DNA from: Candidatus Zhuqueibacterota bacterium
Lineage (GTDB): Bacteria > Zhuqueibacterota > Zhuqueibacteria > Residuimicrobiales > Krinioviventaceae
Reading direction: 5' to 3'
Length of the DNA stretch: 64,000 nt
Assembly (NCBI GenBank): GCA_016934825.1
Contig: JAFGSB010000049.1
Coordinates: forward strand, 10,045 to 74,044
A program made the position numbers and the translations under genes. Positions 60,677-64,000 of this stretch are shown piece after piece. Numbering within the stretch: the stretch's first letter is position 1; every line of letters starts with the position of its first letter. The notes under the pieces were generated by a model. That model made no database searches. It was not told where the DNA came from and was given only the letters and a program-made list of their open reading frames with translations.

Positions 60677-63439
60677 ATGAATAAAAAGTTATTTATCCTC
60701 GTATTTATGGCAGTTATTGTGATCTTTATATCATTGAGCACCCGTGCGGCAACAACCGGAAAAATATCAGGACTTGTAATTGACAAAGAAACCGGCGAAC
60801 CTTTGCCTTATGCTCAGATCATGTTAACTGAGGTTTGGGCCGGTTCCGAAAAAACCGCACTCGATAAGGTAAGAGGATCAATTACTGACATGGAAGGAAA
60901 TTTCTATATGCTCAACATTATGCCCGGCACATATACGATCCAGGTCAGAATGATAGGTTATGCAAATGTTAAAATGGAAAAAGTCAGGGTCAGCACAAAC
61001 TCTACGACAAATCTGAATTTTCAGTTGACCCCGGAAGTTATTGAAGGTGAGGTTGTCATGGTCACCGCTTCCCCTATTGCGTTTAAAAAGGATCAAACCA
61101 GTTCGGTACGGAATGTTTCCTCGGACCAAATTGCCATTTTGCCGACAGAAAATCTGAACGGGATCATTGAAATGCAGGCGGGTGTTGTTGACGGGCATTT
61201 CCGTGGCGGCCGGTTAAACGAAGTTTCCTACCTCATTGACGGTATGCAGGTGGACGACAAGTTTTACGGAGAATCCAAAATCGTCAGCATTGAAAATGAT
61301 GTTATCAAAGACCTTGAGGTTATAACGGGAACCTTTAACGCGGAATACGGTCGCGCCATGAGCGGTATTGTTAACGCGGTGACCAAAGACGGAGGCAACG
61401 GATTTCATGGTAAACTGTCGGCCGATATGGGTAACTATTATACCGCCCACGATGATATTTTTATCGGACTAAAATCCTCCGATGTAACCCGAAACCAGGA
61501 TTACAAAATTCAGCTTGAAGGTCCGGTTTATCGAAACCTGGTGACCTTTTTTATCAACACACGTTATCAGAATAATAAGAATCATCTTAACGCCATAAGA
61601 AGATTTAATATTCAGGATTACAGCAATTATGCATCCGACAATTACGCCGAATGGATCGATTTACATAATGGCGATAGTTCTTATGTTCCATTAAACGACT
61701 CGGAAAATCTTTCCGTATTTGCAAAGTTATTATTCAAACCCACACCGGGTTTCAAACTGACATTCACATATACCAAAAATAATAACGAGTGGGGAACGTA
61801 CAATCACACATTTAAATATGCCCCGGAAGGAAAAGCGAGACAACATCAGAATTCCGACATGTACAGCATTCAAATGAATCAGAACCTGGGATTCAGCATG
61901 TTTCATGAATTAAAGCTTTCCCTGATAGATGGGTACTATGGGAATTATTTGTACAAAGATCCTTATGACAGCCAATATATTCATGATCGTTATCTAAACG
62001 CCGCCGGCCCTGGATTTTATACGGGCGGCCAGGAAAAAAATCATACGGTAAGGGAAACCAGGGAAATAGATTTAAAATATGATTTAACCTGGCAGATTCA
62101 CAAAAATCACAGTCTTAAAGCAGGCGGTTTATATACGGATCATGATTTGAATCATACAAATTATACTATTCGAAACTTTTATGCCAACAAACCAAATGAA
62201 TTTGACAATTATTTTGACGCAGATAAAAATACTTATATCTACCCCTATTATATCCCCGTTACTCTGGGTGATTCATCACGTTATACCGACAAATACAATG
62301 TAAAGCCAAAAGAATTTTCGGCATATATTCAGGACAAAATGGAATTTATGGACATGGTCATGAATATGGGCGTTCGTTACGATTATTTTGATCCCAATAC
62401 GATATATCCATCGAATTTGAGAAATCCGGCCAATCAGCTTAGTTTTCCCGATAACCCGGACAAGATGTCGACCTATCCGAAAGCAGAGCCGGAATACCAG
62501 ATCAGTCCTCGTTTCGGCATTTCGTATGAATTATCAAACAAGGCCTTACTGCATTTCAGTTACGGTCATTTTTTCCAGACACCACCCATGTATGCATACT
62601 ATCAAAGACATAATTTTATCGTATCGCCAATTGACTGGGATACTCAAATGGGAAATCCCCGTCTGAAGGCCCAGAGTACGGTCCAATATGAAGTGGGTTT
62701 ATGGCAGGAACTGATGACAGGTATGGGACTGGAAGTTAACCTGTTCTATCGTGATATTTATGACCTGTTGACCATGACTATCATTTCAACTTACAATCAA
62801 ACCCAATACGGGCTTTATTCCAATAAAGACTATGGTAATGTAAAAGGTCTTGAAGTTAAATACGATTACCAGTTCAGAAATATATTTGCCGCCGTTAATT
62901 ATACACTGCAATACACCCGCGGTAATGCAGACAATCCGACGCAGACTTTTACCAGGGCGGGTAACAGTCAGGACCCAATCGCCCGTCTGATCCCTATGTC
63001 CTGGGACCAGCGGCACACTTTGAACGTGACGGTCAGCCATACCACAAAAAATACAAGTGCCACGTTATCGGCCTATTATGATTCCGGTTCGCCGTATACA
63101 TGGTCGCCGATTGCCGAAAGCAGGTTATCAAGGGTTAATCTTTATCCGAACAATTCGGTGAGACCGGCAAGGTTTAGATTAGATTTTTACGGTTACTATG
63201 ATTACGCTTTGATGAAAAGTATCAAACTAAGATTGAGTCTCTATGCCGTGAATCTGCTGGATACAAAGAATGAATTATGGGTCAACGGACAAACAGGTCG
63301 CGCAAACGAGGCAATCATTCGGGAAGTCGATCTTGCCAGTCATCGAAGTCTTTTTAACGAATACCAGGATCGGGTTTACGACCCGAGCGCTTTTGATCAT
63401 CCTAGATACGTAAAAATCGGGTTTGGACTATTATTTTAA
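60677..63439 (+). CDS. TonB-dependent receptor-like outer-membrane protein with N-terminal carboxypeptidase-regulatory-like domain (start at MNKKLF, GGAG ribosome-binding site; track start 60587 rejected)
   Basis: Signal peptide, then CarbopepD_reg-like 'GKISGLVIDKETGEPLPYAQIML…GTYTIQVRMIGY', then plug and beta-barrel; ends '…KIGFGLLF' with terminal Phe. Confidence 0.7.
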   Translation: MNKKLFILVFMAVIVIFISLSTRAATTGKISGLVIDKETGEPLPYAQIMLTEVWAGSEKTALDKVRGSITDMEGNFYMLNIMPGTYTIQVRMIGYANVKMEKVRVSTNSTTNLNFQLTPEVIEGEVVMVTASPIAFKKDQTSSVRNVSSDQIAILPTENLNGIIEMQAGVVDGHFRGGRLNEVSYLIDGMQVDDKFYGESKIVSIENDVIKDLEVITGTFNAEYGRAMSGIVNAVTKDGGNGFHGKLSADMGNYYTAHDDIFIGLKSSDVTRNQDYKIQLEGPVYRNLVTFFINTRYQNNKNHLNAIRRFNIQDYSNYASDNYAEWIDLHNGDSSYVPLNDSENLSVFAKLLFKPTPGFKLTFTYTKNNNEWGTYNHTFKYAPEGKARQHQNSDMYSIQMNQNLGFSMFHELKLSLIDGYYGNYLYKDPYDSQYIHDRYLNAAGPGFYTGGQEKNHTVRETREIDLKYDLTWQIHKNHSLKAGGLYTDHDLNHTNYTIRNFYANKPNEFDNYFDADKNTYIYPYYIPVTLGDSSRYTDKYNVKPKEFSAYIQDKMEFMDMVMNMGVRYDYFDPNTIYPSNLRNPANQLSFPDNPDKMSTYPKAEPEYQISPRFGISYELSNKALLHFSYGHFFQTPPMYAYYQRHNFIVSPIDWDTQMGNPRLKAQSTVQYEVGLWQELMTGMGLEVNLFYRDIYDLLTMTIISTYNQTQYGLYSNKDYGNVKGLEVKYDYQFRNIFAAVNYTLQYTRGNADNPTQTFTRAGNSQDPIARLIPMSWDQRHTLNVTVSHTTKNTSATLSAYYDSGSPYTWSPIAESRLSRVNLYPNNSVRPARFRLDFYGYYDYALMKSIKLRLSLYAVNLLDTKNELWVNGQTGRANEAIIREVDLASHRSLFNEYQDRVYDPSAFDHPRYVKIGFGLLF

Positions 63440-63502
63440 ACCGTTTAAAACGGATTTAGTGATCTCTACTATAAAAGTAGAAAAAAAAATTAAGAGGATG
63501 AT

Positions 63503-64000
63503 ATGATGAATCATTTAAAAAAATTATTAATCATGATACCTTTGGTATTACTGACAATATATAATACTTCCTTTGAACAGGGAAAACCCTACGACGGTCC
63601 GGATGATCCGGCAGGCGATATTGCCGCCGAACGTGAAGGTTATATGAACGGCAACAGAGTATATCTTTATTTTCAGAATACAACCGAATTAGCCGATTGG
63701 CCCAGGGTGGACGTTTCAAAATGGCCGAATAATTACCGGGGCGTAAAAATGACGGATGGAATCAACATTTTATTGTGCTCCGAAGTGTTTTTGGAAAACG
63801 ATACCATTCCGGTTACCGATCCGAAGCAAATCGAATCCAGGACGGACCTGGACACGCTTTATTTTTGCCAGACAAGCTTTCGCGGCGGCATGGATATGAA
63901 CCCCGAGGGTACGGTAGAATGGGGTCTTTACCCGGTTTTTGGATATTTCAATGAATTGAGTGAGTACCCCGCAATGAGTAACCGCCCGGAATCCTGGCCG
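63503..64000 (+). CDS. Hypothetical secreted protein, 5' portion (runs off the window end)
   Basis: AGAGGA ribosome-binding site then ATGATG; signal peptide MMNHLKKLLIMIPLVLLTIYNTSF; open frame continues to 64000. Absent from the ORF track because it has no stop in the window. Confidence 0.45.
   Translation, partial: MMNHLKKLLIMIPLVLLTIYNTSFEQGKPYDGPDDPAGDIAAEREGYMNGNRVYLYFQNTTELADWPRVDVSKWPNNYRGVKMTDGINILLCSEVFLENDTIPVTDPKQIESRTDLDTLYFCQTSFRGGMDMNPEGTVEWGLYPVFGYFNELSEYPAMSNRPESWP

Noticed and set aside
63531-63719. 62-aa minus-strand ORF near the window end
   Set aside because: Overlaps a plus-strand ORF that has an RBS, tandem ATG and signal peptide. The minus ORF has none of these.
1-64000. 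CRISPR arrays, tRNA/rRNA genes, transposases/integrases, prophage genes
   Set aside because: No regularly spaced direct repeats were seen. No tRNA-like GTTCGAATC/T-arm signatures were noticed in intergenic regions. No ORF shows DDE, tyrosine-recombinase or phage structural motifs. The scan was by eye only, so small RNAs cannot be excluded.

Overview
This 64 kb window reads as a chromosomal segment from a moderately AT-rich bacterium of the Fibrobacteres-Chlorobi-Bacteroidetes (FCB) group. Three encoded proteins end in the same Por/T9SS C-terminal sorting domain (NYPNPFNP…GxYFYRL…KKxxLIK), at complement(<1..639), 31034..34036(-) and 34959..38840(+). Most of the window is a polysaccharide-degradation and envelope neighbourhood. 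It contains a GH2 (beta-mannosidase-like) gene next to a SorC-family regulator, a heparinase II/III-like lyase, a secreted protein with four CBM9-like repeats, and a large secreted GH30 multi-domain enzyme. Also present are a CE15-like esterase, an SGNH esterase, a GH36-like alpha-galactosidase homologue, and two Tat-exported enzymes (a Gfo/Idh/MocA oxidoreductase and a xylose-isomerase-fold protein). Further genes encode an aldehyde dehydrogenase, two AMP-forming ligases, an OmpA-family protein, a beta-barrel outer-membrane protein, a TonB-dependent-receptor-like protein and a Na/Pi cotransporter. A tightly packed lipid operon (PlsC, DAGK-type lipid kinase, HAD phosphatase) is present. Signalling genes comprise a PAS–PP2C phosphatase, a hybrid histidine kinase, an XRE-cupin regulator and two tandem REC plus cNMP-binding-like paralogues. 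The most unusual locus is the operon at 8761..15228. It encodes a 1407-aa Asn/Lys/Ile-rich protein with a sugar-kinase-like ASKHA ATPase C-terminal half. The next gene, only 13 nt downstream, encodes a 360-aa protein with a weak phosphodiester-glycosidase-like motif. The third gene overlaps it by 1 nt and encodes a sugar-nucleotidyltransferase fused to HEAT-like repeats. The giant gene is compositionally distinct from its flanks. No CRISPR array, rRNA, tRNA, transposase or integrase could be recognised by eye. All calls rest on motif recognition in the translated ORFs; no database search was possible.
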